From Lytechinus pictus (lineage: Eukaryota), in NCBI RefSeq assembly GCF_037042905.1, contig NC_087251.1:20710001-20774000 (forward strand): a DNA stretch of 64,000 nucleotides, read 5' to 3'. How positions within the stretch are numbered: position 1 is the stretch's first letter; each line of letters begins with the position of its first letter. Below the pieces are notes generated by a model. That model was not told the DNA's origin, did no database searches, and saw nothing but the letters and a program-made list of their open reading frames with translations. The translations under genes and the position numbers were made by a program. Of the stretch, positions 1-11,800 are shown piece after piece.

Positions 1-47
1 CTGAAGATCTTAGCTTTAATATTATATAATTTTTATAAGAAGATGTA

Positions 48-343
48 TTTTAGATGGGTCAGCAGCCAGCTTTTTATAGGCCAAGTACATTTTGCAGCTC
101 AAAAACAAGAATACTGCGCTCTGATTGGTCATAGACCACACACCCACGCAAATTCCAATGTTCCCCACACTGGGCCTCTGCAAGGTCACACTCACCATGT
201 GGTAATCTCTTCAAATTACCCGCGCCTGTTTGTTTTGAAAACAGTATTCAGCCAATCAGAACTCTGGATTTTATGTTACTCAGAAATTTCAGAAATCTCG
301 TCTTGCATCTTGATGGAAATAACTGGCTGCTGACCCATCTAAA
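48..343. repeat. Inverted repeat pair, probably internal to a non-autonomous DNA transposon
   Basis: TTTAGATGGGTCAGCAGCCAG near 48-69 and its reverse complement CTGGCTGCTGACCCATCTAAA near 323-343. Confidence 0.6.
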
Positions 344-1843
344 AGATGCCACATATCAAGAGTGACATTGTAAGAAAGTATAGAGTTTGAGCTTTCTGAT
401 GATATAAATAAATAAAACACAAAATGTTGCACAATTTGCAAGTGAAAACAGAGGAAGAAAATTCTGTTTGATGCATCTTTTCAGGTAAAAAATTCACTTA
501 TTTATCAAAATATTTCATTCAAAAGAAATGACCAATATAAAAGGGTAACATTTACTCTTGCCCATGCATGGTACAAAAATAATTAATATTACTCAAAAAG
601 AAAGTGGTTAAATTCTTTGAGAAAGAAAGTCTCACAATTCACGAGATTTTGCAGGGACATGAATTCAGCCACGAGAGGACTTGGATTAATCTTGCTCATT
701 TGCTCATTAACACAGGGGCTTGCGGACTGACTGTCATTCCTTAGACGATTTTAACCCTGGATTTTAACATGTTTTAAATGCTTTATAAGTGCATGAAACA
801 AAAACAAACATAAAAACAATCAAAACTCAACTGTCATGTTATTGTATTTCTCCAACATCTTCTTGAATCATCAGTGTGTAATATCAGCTAATATATGTGT
901 TAAAATGAAATTAACATACCGCATGAGTGTGCTCATATAGAATGCAAAACTGTCATCCCTTTCCAAACTCAAAAAAGATTTCTTTTTGCCAAAAATAAGA
1001 AAATATTAACCAAGTTTAGTTATTCAAGTCCATAACAATTACAAGAATAACATGAAGAAAAAAAACCTCCGATGTTCATATCCGAAGATACGCTTTAGAG
1101 AGAAATGAATGATTTTTCTTTCTGAAACCATTAATTGATTTCACTTATTAAAAAATTGTAAAAATATTATCATATTATATTGAGCTCACTGAACCTCAAT
1201 ATTTTCATGAGAGGTATCTGATGGGGTCAAATGATAAAATGTTTAATATTCAAAAGGGTTGTAGATTAAATGGGACAAACACCATGCACTTGGATGTGGG
1301 AAGGGGTAAATCTGAAAAAAGGTATTTGTACTTTTTCAAGATCTACCCCTATAGGATTTACGTCCATGGGGGTTTCCCTGTTTATCTTGCCACCCTTTTC
1401 CACCCGTTTATTTTTCCACCCTTTTGAATTAATTGATTTCTTAAAATTAATTTATTCACCACTGGTGGGATGGAACACCCTATCAACAAAAGTTGTTTTT
1501 CGTCGGGGTCCTTTTATGTCATGTGTTAAAAAAATATCATATACCGGTACATAAACATTTCATTTTTTCATCTTGAACCTCCACCCATCTGTTTAAAAGT
1601 CCTGGAAAAGAATGTTTTTATTTAATAACAATATACACAAATTGCGAGGGAAACAAACTGATTGATGGCATACTATAATCATCACTATAATCATCATTAT
1701 CAAACTTTTCATTTTTTCATCATCATTATTACAATTTTTCTACCCTAAATTATTGGGGGGGGGGGATGATAATACAGGCCATCCCCCCACTTGAAATATT
1801 GGGGGGGATATATCCCCCCATCCCCCCCGTGATCGACACCCAT

Positions 1844-1939
1844 GGGCCTAAGCTTTCGATCCTAGCAGAATCTTCGTCGGAGGCAAAATTACCATTTTGC
1901 CTCCGACGAAGATTCTGCTGGGATCGAAAGCTTAGGCCC
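1844..1939. repeat. Near-perfect 96-bp palindrome/hairpin (mini-MITE-like)
   Basis: GGGCCTAAGCTTTCGATCCTAGCAGAATCTTCGTCGGAGGCAAAAT-TACC-ATTTTGCCTCCGACGAAGATTCTGCTGGGATCGAAAGCTTAGGCCC: 46-bp arms with one G:T mismatch. Confidence 0.9.
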
Positions 1940-2244
1940 CTTTTGACTTTCTATGATAAATTAATGAGTATTTAATTAGTTTCTACCCCCTGAAGTCGTC
2001 ATTTCGTCAATGTGACAGCTAATTCTTCACTTTAATTCATGTATATTTTCATTGACGAAATAAACTTTTCATTGGCTTGTTCATTATCCTGCTTGCAATA
2101 TACATAGTTAGTTTTATAGTATTTAAAAAGAGATAATCACTCAAAATTTGAGTCAAATCGACGTCTGTCACGGCATTTCTTCTTTTTAAACGTTACATGC
2201 ACGATTTTGGCCAAGAATGGCTAAAGTATTTTTTAAAGAGCAGT

Positions 2245-2340
2245 TGGTTAATAGCTGTGCCGTTGCCGGGGATCGGACCGTCGATTTCCATACGTCTTGT
2301 TTAGCGCCTGACCATCCTGACACGGCACCTCAACGAGAAA

Positions 2341-2430
<90 letters not shown>

Positions 2431-2604
2431 AAGTTCACAATTATTTACTTATAATCCATTTATTTGAAAGCAGGATAAAAGTGCATTGTCGATTAAATGC
2501 CTTGCTCATGGGCATAAGTGCCGCGGCCGGGGATCGAACCCCCGACTTTCCGCGGGACTTTCCGTATAGCCAGGCGCCTTAGACCACTCGGCCACGGCAC
2601 ATCC
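2245..2604 (-). mobile_element. Two tandem tRNA-derived SINE heads separated by an 83-nt poly(A) (poly-T on +, 2343-2425)
   Basis: Minus strand GTGCCGTGGCCGAGTGGTCTAAGGCG (A box)...GGTTCGATCCCCGGCCGCGGCAC (B box), then body. A second degenerate head is at about 2330-2245, and a related fragment lies near 21230-21320. Confidence 0.7.
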
Positions 2605-2657
2605 TTGTTGTTATCATATTACACGTCTCCCTCTATCGGGGAAGCACAGCGTTGTAT

Positions 2658-2773
2658 GTCCCCTTGGCGACAATTCATTTGCATACGTAATTGATTCAGG
2701 CGAACAGGTAGTACATGCATGCAATGATGATAGGCATACAGACTGTCGCTGTAAATCTCCATGCGAGTAAATA
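2658..2773 (+). promoter_or_regulatory. Candidate RFX X-box (GTCCCCTTGGCGAC, 2658-2671) and forkhead site (GTAAATA, 2767-2773) upstream of the CCDC197-like ATG
   Basis: Imperfect match to GTNRCCATGGCAAC about 180 bp upstream of the ATG. RFX plus FOXJ1 is the usual motile-cilia promoter combination. Motif match only. Confidence 0.35.
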
Positions 2774-2849
2774 TGCGTTAGAACGAAGCTCAGGGAAACA
2801 GAAAATATCTAATTTAGTTGCTTGAGGGGAGCCTGAGAAATCAACAAGA

Positions 2850-5800
2850 ATGGCAGCCTCCGAAGCGACGAGTTTCCCTTATAAATTAGAACTTGAGCCC
2901 CAGAAACAAAGTGTTTTTGTCACGCAGCTAGGAGAGCGAGGGTAAGTGACTAACTTGTGTTAGAGTAGATGATACTGATAGTATAATCTTGTGACTAACG
3001 TCCCGTCCGGTGAACATACTCGTCAGCATCATTATTTGATAATAATGTCTGATGTTAACGATAAATTGATTATCACTGATTACTGAAAAGTGGAATAAAC
3101 ATAATATGTAAGTTCTAGCATAATGATCGATGCGATCTGAAAGTCTCATACTATTTCATGATTTTCTTCACGGAGTATTTTAAAATCCAATATTATGTTT
3201 TTTTAATAGGCCACATTCAGTGTTCACATTATTATTATTTAATATAATTTAAATCCCAAAATTTGTCCTTGGATATTTCAAATTGAAAATCTGAGCCAAT
3301 GTTAAAAAATTATAGCAAGGTAACAAAAAATTGAAAATTATATATACTACCATTACCTGATTATACTTTGTCTTGCAAAGCTGGTGCACTATCAGTGGTG
3401 TAATGAACAAAAAAAATTAAGGAGACTAGACATGGTGAATCACATAAAGTTTATTAAAAAAGTTGTGAGTGAGTGAAGCAAGAAAAAAACGTCCAACAAT
3501 CATATTTTGTGATAGATTTTGACATAATATTCAGAAAATAATATATATCAACTTATTCTCTCTTTCCTTCTCTTTCCTTTTCTCTTTTTTTTTAAATCCT
3601 GGTCATGAAACTTTTGTAGATGAATTTGCACTTCAAATTGCGCAATGATATAGTGTTAATGCAAGTGTTAATAATTATTGTTTGGGTCTAGACAGAATAA
3701 ATGAAGCTCTGATGTAAATTATTGACATACAGACTGTAAATATATGTGTATTCAGAAAAGTTAAATGACATTTCAATTTTTTGTTGATTTTTATCCAGCT
3801 GAGATAATCATGAATTATTATGAAACGCTAAAAAAGTTATGAATAGACAATCCTGTTAAACTAAAAACAGACAGAAGTTGATGTTTTAACATTGTAGTAT
3901 TAGAAATTTTGTCAACTTTCTGATTCTTCTGTCAAAATTACTCAGATTGTCATTATCAGAGCTAATATAGTTCATGAAGTTCATATTATGTTCTATTCAG
4001 TTTTTATTAATATTATCATATTTTACTCATCTTTTATTTTTCAGTGATGAAGAAGATGACAATGTCAACAGATATCCGATTGTGAAAGAGGTGAGTACAC
4101 GTTATAGGCTTACAAAGAAGAGGGTATTTATGACTTAACATCTATATTAAAATTTATTTGATTTGTTGGTTAAATGACACATGAAACAGGTTAGAACATC
4201 TTTTGAGAAATCCCAAGTGGGGGGTCTTATTTTTCTAAAATTGTGCCTCTTGGTGCTTAACCCTTTAGCACCTGAACCGCCCGAGACCGCCCTTCCTATT
4301 ACACACTGAACCGCCCTTAACCACCCGTACGTTTTCTTTGCGCCATAGTATCTCTTGTCTATGATTTACCGTGGTAATATTGCGTGCACATACCGTATAG
4401 GTTGGCTGCTACATAGATCTGCATAGAAAAGTGTATGCTCCTATTGAGTATAATAGAGAAAAACCGATTGACATGCATCGGTGTGTAGCAAGTTCCAGAC
4501 TGTTGCGCAGTCGATCTCAGCAAAGATGGCTGCGTCCATGTCTCGGAAAACCACTTACTTCGCCGAAGAAGCTCGGGCCTTGCTATATGTTCATCAAAAC
4601 GTTGGATATCACACAGAGTGACATCTAGATGTGAGTTGGAATTAATTTTTGACATATTTGATCCAAGATTTGGCGAAAACTTTAGTTTTCTGTCAGTGAT
4701 ACTTTACATTTTTTTGAAGGCGTGGGACTGGGGCGGCTGAAACCCGAACTTTTTTTTATTTCTTCTCGCTCTGCAAACGATTGTCAAAGGTCAATATTCG
4801 TACATCTGATTGAACTTTGCCATGTACCATTCTATTCAACAGGTCCTATGCTACAAAATAAATATAACTTGTAATGAACAAAAGTAAATTTATAAAAAAA
4901 TATTTCAATTTGTTTGGAACAATGCCTACTTATTACCAGTTTTATTGTTTCCTCCAGTGAGTAATTGCCATTATGCATAGGAATCTGTAGGTGCTATAGG
5001 GTTAAACAGTATGCAGGCAAGCTCACAGAGACTGGCTGACTTAACATACTTCAGAAAGCACTCCTCATTAAACAAAAACATCAAATGAGTTGATGTGTTT
5101 CTGTGCAAAAAACCCTATATTATGTTTTGGTTATTCAAACTTTCAGGTGGGTTGTCTTGATCAAGAAGAAATAATTGAAACTATTATTCTTGGTATTAAC
5201 AGTCTGCAGGCAAACTCATAGAGACTGGACTCAACACACTACAGAAGACTCTGCTCCTTAAACGAGAAGTAGAGGTCGATGATGTCACGCAAGAACTCCG
5301 AACTAAACGCATCCAATTCCAGAAGCGGATGGAAGAGTGCGAGAAGAAGAGGGTAGATCTACAGAAAAAACAACAGTTGGTGAGTATACCTGGGTTAACT
5401 TAGACCAGACTTGCATGGAGTGCCAATTGTTAAATATTCACCAAATAATAACTAATCTTAATTTGCCGCAAAAAGTTGTCCATAAATTAATTGAGTCGTG
5501 AAATGGAAAGACTATGAACATACAAAAATATAATTAATGTTCATGATTTGAGTTATTGGTACACAAAACTATTCTTATCCTGCTGCAAAAAGGTGTCAAA
5601 AAGTTAATTGACTTGTGAAATGGAAAGAATATGAAAATACAAAAATATAATAATGAATGTTGATGATTTGGGATATTGGTACATAATAATTCCAAGAATA
5701 TGGAAGAAGTATTATGAAGCCAGCATCCCATACAAGTGTGGTTTAATAGTCTAGACTAGGATTAAACCTATAGGTTTAATTATAAGAATACCCCCCATTA

Positions 5801-8800
5801 ATTGTTATTAGTGCATTGTCTTCCCTGACTTCTAGGAATCATGAATATTTATTTAAAAAGAAGTCAGGGGGTTATTTCACAACAAATTAATTGTAACTTA
5901 AAATTTCAATTAATTTCCCTGATTCACATGGTACATAACATGTCACAGATGAAGTGCACAACTGCGTATTCATCAATGAAATGGCATGTTGAATATCTTG
6001 GGATTTCTAGTCACTCCTGAATATTTGTGAAACACTTGAAGACCTACAGTTTTAGAATTTTTTCCCAGATATTATTTGGTCGATAGCAAAATCAAATTTG
6101 TTTCAAACCTTGTGGGCGCGTTGTGGTCTAGTGGTTCTGACTCTCGCCTTTCAAACAGAGGGTCGTGGGTTTGAATCCTAGCCACGGCGTGTTTTCCTTC
6201 AGCAAGAAACCTATCCACAATGTGCTGCATTCGACCCAGGTGAGGTGAATGGGTACCCGGCAGGATTAATTCCTTGCATGCACTGAGCACCGGTGATGGT
6301 AGCTCCAGCTAAAGTTGGGGTAATAATAGCAAGCACTTTGTATCCTCAGGCAAAAAGCGCTATATAAATCCAGCTATTATTATTATTATTAGTCACCCTT
6401 GTTTGAAACTGATTATAAATTGCTTTCATGTTTTTATTCTGCTTTAAAATTGAACCAAAATAAAAAGTTGATAAGCCAGGGTCTTGTATCAGGGTATTTT
6501 GATTTGGAGGAGGGGAGGGTATAGGAAAGAGTAAATAGTCATAAATTCTTTTATTAATTGAATAAATAAAGGCATTGTATGTTTACTAAACCCAGCCCTC
6601 TCTTTCTAATACATTATTTTTCCTTTCCTTTCTCTTTTATTTTCCCCTTCTTTTTAATTCTAATTTTATAATTGTAAAAACCATTATGGTCACCCGCAGC
6701 AGTTACCCCCTATTCTGTCAGAAGCGAATTTTTGAATGTCAACAAAGTTGATCAGTCTCACCAACTTGTTATTTTTTTTTTACTCCATAGATGAAAGACA
6801 GAGTGGAAAAGTTTGACAAATTCATCTCAGAGACGGAGGCCAAGAGGAGAAGAGCAATCCATAAATACCAACAGGAACTAAAAGTCAAAGAACAGAAACA
6901 ATCAGAATATGAACTACTTCTTCAGCAGTTGGAAGAGTTAAAAACAAGGTAATCTTCTGAAGTTTGCTGTTGTCTTTTATAACAGCCAACCTTACTTAGT
7001 AATTAGAGATGGTATGACCTTACAGGGGCCGCGGAAGCAGGGGGGGGGGGCTTCAGCCCCCCCACTTTTTTCCAAAACCGTGTAAAAAAATGTAAAAATT
7101 ACCATATGATTATGATTTTTTGCATGGTCAGCCCCCCACTTTTGGCTCAGCCCCCCCCCCCACTTTGAAAACCGTTTCGCGGCCCCTGGTTATGCCCCTT
7201 TAGAAAATTAATATAGGCCTATGCTTTTGTGTTACTTTATCAGAGATTGAATACTGTATCCATGCAGTTTTAGGCCTTAATATTCAACATTTGTAGGGTA
7301 ATATAGAGCACAAAAATCTCCAGTGACCGCTTAATTTGTCCACATTTCTTTACTTGCAGGATCAATTTGTGAGTGATATTTATGTACTATATAAGATTAC
7401 ACTACTGCTGGTGGGTTTTTTTTTTTTTTGGGGGGGGAGTAATCTGGTGTTGGTAAGGGCATACCGTTTTCCCTCCTGTTTAGTTTGCCTAATGATGTGC
7501 CTCATTGCACACTGGCAGTAGTGAGTTCTGAACATGAATGTATATTTTTCTTTGAAAGATATATTTACTTTGAAAAGCAGCTTATTAAATTCGTAATTAT
7601 TTTGATTTTTTAGACAAGTGAGGTACTGCATAAAGCAGTTTGTATTTTGATAGAAAGCTGATGTATCTACCTGCTCTCTTATTCAGATTTGGCTTTAACA
7701 ACCAGCAATGACTTTATATACCTAAAGAGGTGTGTTTTTGTAATGGATGACATGTACAATGATAAAGCCATAAAGGAGATTTTAACTGCTATTTGGGGAA
7801 AAGTTTAAGTTATTTTATATCACAAGTAGTACCAATATTTTGACACCTTATTTGTATTTCTTTGCACAACAGACATAACAAGCTCAATGAAAAGATCAAG
7901 AAATACAAAAAGTTTGAAGAATTCCTAATGAAAGTACTCGACAACATTCCAGAAAGTGAGTATCTTTTCTGTGTGTGCTGAATATTTTATGATTGAAAAT
8001 GCAATTCTAAAAATCTATACTTGAGCAGAATTTTCACATCAATTGTGGAAAAAACCTAATTTCACTTTTTTGTTTCCCTCTTCATTTTTGAAATGATAAA
8101 GTAGAAATATTCACAAAATACTACAATGTACAAGTCCAATGTTGGCTCAGGGGTATAGAGCCCCCACTTCATAAATGGAAGGTCATGGGTTGTGCCAATT
8201 CATACCAAAGATTTATAGACAGCAAGACCTTTAGTATTTTAGCTGGGCACTAAGCATTTTGGTTGGAGAAGGGTCATAATGTATGTTATGCAGCACATGC
8301 TGGAAGAGCAGTTTCATTAACAGAAGTGGCTACCATGGGTATATGAAATATATTTTTTTTCATTAATGTACAATTTTGTTGTTGTTGCTATTATTATCAC
8401 AATCATAATTGCTATTTTCATGAACAGATTATTTGGAAGTTAATGACGACATGTTGAGGAGCATTATGGACAGACATCGGACTCTGAGTTTTACCAATTA
8501 TTCCCTGGTCAATAGAGTCCAGTCCATGTACGATGAGGTGGATGAGAAAAACCTTCATTTAGATGAACTCAAGTACAAACATGATCAGAGCATACTGGTA
8601 AGATGCAAATACATTCCACTATTAAACCAGTTTACTACCAAATTTGTTCTTCCATAATCTTTGTACAGAAACCAGCTGCTACTAGAAGGGAACTGGTTGA
8701 TAGAATCTATCCCATGATGTAATATTTAAACCGCTTTAGTGACCAATGACTGTAAAGAGCACCGTTTCAAATAGGCCATTTTATCTAAAATTCTATGTGT

Positions 8801-11800
8801 AAAGATTTTGGAAAATTCTATCTTACTCTTGAAAGCCTTGAATGTTCTGTAATCTTATGACACAGTTGAAACAAGGGGGCGGGACACCCCTTATGATGTC
8901 CAAGTAGTGGTGGTAAAAAGAACATAAAGGAAGATAAAGTGGTAGGAAAGGAAGTATGAAGATGGAAAAGAGCATAAAGAGCGGTCTTGGTTGTGTCATT
9001 ATCTATTCATTTGATGGTTGGGATAAAATGTTGTTACATTTTATAGTGAGGTCATCTTGCCCCATCTCATCATCCATTAGAATATTCTAGTGCTGTCCAG
9101 ATCTTTAGGTGATTTCATTTCCAAATTAGCCAGTAGTTGATATTCAAAATATGTATTAAGTGCTTCAAGTCATTTGAGGATAATTATTTCCTGAATTTAT
9201 ATGAAATCTTCATGAACCTGTCTGAAGCGGAATAAAAATATATTGTATACCTGTACATATATTTCAAATTCTTTTCTGACAAAATAAAATTCTGTTCTAA
9301 TTTATTCAAGTGTCACACAGATTTGCAGTATACATGTAAATTTCAAGACTTTTGAATTGAACTTCAGTCAAGCATTCCAGATCTCAATAACACTACTCTC
9401 TCGCATCTTTGCGTCAAAATCAATTTATGAGGAATTTAATCATTGTGTTAAACTAGCCTCACACTAATGGGGTAAAAACACCTGCCTTACTTCCCCCAAT
9501 CATTTAGATGTCTCCTCCTTTTCCTGTCATTTGAAAACCTCATCAATCTGATGTCACCTTATGCAGCTGTCTGCTGTGGCAGCTTTGTTTCATATTGTAG
9601 CTCTGCCTTGCTATGATTTTCACTCTTATATATACATGTAAATGTAAAGATGTATTTATTTTGATGCAGTATAGAATTAACAGTTATTAATTTATTAAAT
9701 GGGGTATTTTATGTTCATTGGTAAGCATAATGTTAATGCATCAGTACTATCTATATTTTGATCAGTGATTCTCTTATGGATGCTTCTAAAATTGCAATCC
9801 ATTTATGCATTGACATAGTATTGTTGTGTGCATAACCCTTCAAATTACATGTGGATTGGTTCAATCTCAAATTGACTAATGCCCACTTTGACTTTTGTGC
9901 CCTGCACAGTATAATCTTATGTCATGCATGACCAGTTTTACTAGGTAATTACCATTTGTTTGTTTTATTTTTATTTCTGCTTTCACAATACATTATCAAA
10001 AGTATTTACATTGTTTGAAATATACAAAATAATCCATAATGTATATACATAATTAGAAAAAAAATATGGTGTTGGCATATACTTCACATTTTAATAATAA
10101 TAAAGAGGAACATTAACAAATGAACGCAGGAGTCGCCATCGTGAGTGGTTAAGCTTGTAATTGATGGCGGCCTCATAAAAAGGGTGTCAGAGTCACAAAA
10201 CCAAAATACCCATTTAACTAATTTCCATTTATTTGCCCATTTTGTCAAATGCGACTATGAACAAAGAACCACTAATGTAAGTTTAAAGCAGAGGATAATA
10301 AGAACATGGTTTACTGCTCATGGCATGAGGGTGAAGTAGAGAAATAAATAGATTAAAGGATAAGGATAGAGATTGTAAAGCATAGTCATGTATTCCTCAT
10401 CAATTATGTTCATGATCTTTGTCCTTTTCTTGATCAGGTGATCAACAAGGATCTAGCAGAAATGCAGCATCTACAGGAGGAGAGGATTGATGTGAATGCT
10501 GAGCTTGAGGAAATGATCTTTAATGATGCATTCGCTTATCGAGACCAGGTCAGTTGGTAGATACATGCAGGTTTAGCTGAGGAAAGGAAACTTAAAGGAA
10601 ATATGTTTGGCAGATTTAGGATTTTAGCACTTAAGCCAAGAAATCACCTGAGAAATTGCATTTGGATCTCGAGGAAGAATAGTCACTTCTGTTCTGTGGT
10701 TTATCTAAATAAAGTTTATGGTGGTTTTTTTAATTTTTATTATATAGGTATGACTCTTTTTATATATATATACGCACTCAGACCAAGCCCAAACATTAGA
10801 TGTTACAGCATGATATGTATTTGTATTTTAATATCATCATTATTTGTCAGTGTTCTCTTCATTATCATCATAATCAGTATCATCATCATCATCATCCTCA
10901 ACATTTTCATCACTATCATCACCATCACCACCACTACCGCCATCAGCATCATTATCAATATATCATCATTAAAAGCATTATCACTAATACCACTGTCACC
11001 AACACTACAACCACCATCACTTTGATCAATACCATCAACTCATTATCATGATATTGATCACCACCACCACCATCATTGATTGCATCATCATCGTCACCAT
11101 CGTCATCATCATCATCACCATCATCGTCACCATCATCATCGTCGTCACCATCATCATCATCACCATCATCATCACCATTATCATCTATCATCATCAACAT
11201 TTTCATTACTTTCATCACCACCACTACTGCCATCAGCATTGCTATCAATATTTCATCATCAAAAGCATTATCACCATTACCACTGTCACCAATGCTACCA
11301 CCACCATAATCATCAATTGCATCATCATCATCATCACCACCATCTCCATGATCAATGCACCATCATCATCTTTGTCATAGAGTATGCACCATTACGTTTA
11401 ATATTAAATGTTATTAGCATTGTATTTGTATATTTTTTTTCATATTCTAGAGTGAGACCTTGGGAAGAATAAAGATGGCAATCAACAACCTGTTGGAGAA
11501 ATGCCACAAGAAACATGATGAACCAATGGAGACGCTAGACTATGAAGAGAAGCTTCATTTGATCATGGTAAATAAACATCTCTTGAGACAATACCTAATG
11601 TTTAAGACTAGAAAGCATCTAAACACAAGTTGGAATATTCATAATTTTTTAACTCCAACAAACAGGTGCTTGAATTGTTTGGCTACTTAGAGTTTGTGAT
11701 TAATTCTTGTGAGGGGCCATTCACCTTTATTCAATTTATTTTGTTAAGTATTATTGTCATTTGCATTTAATAATGAAACCACAATGCTGTCATAGGCTAC

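Noticed and set aside
2217..2582. 121-aa ORF with poly-Phe
   Set aside because: Product of the poly-T run and flanking SINE sequence.
2515..2604. tRNA-like sequence with A/B boxes and a pairing acceptor stem
   Set aside because: No clear anticodon arm. It continues into a repeat body and has degenerate copies nearby, so it is a SINE head rather than a tRNA gene.
10800..11472. His-rich, Ile-rich, Ser-rich and Asp-rich ORFs, tempting as the missing His-rich domain of CatSper1
   Set aside because: They are translations of a (CAT/CAC)n microsatellite in a CCDC197 intron. The His frame is on the opposite strand and downstream of CATSPER1.
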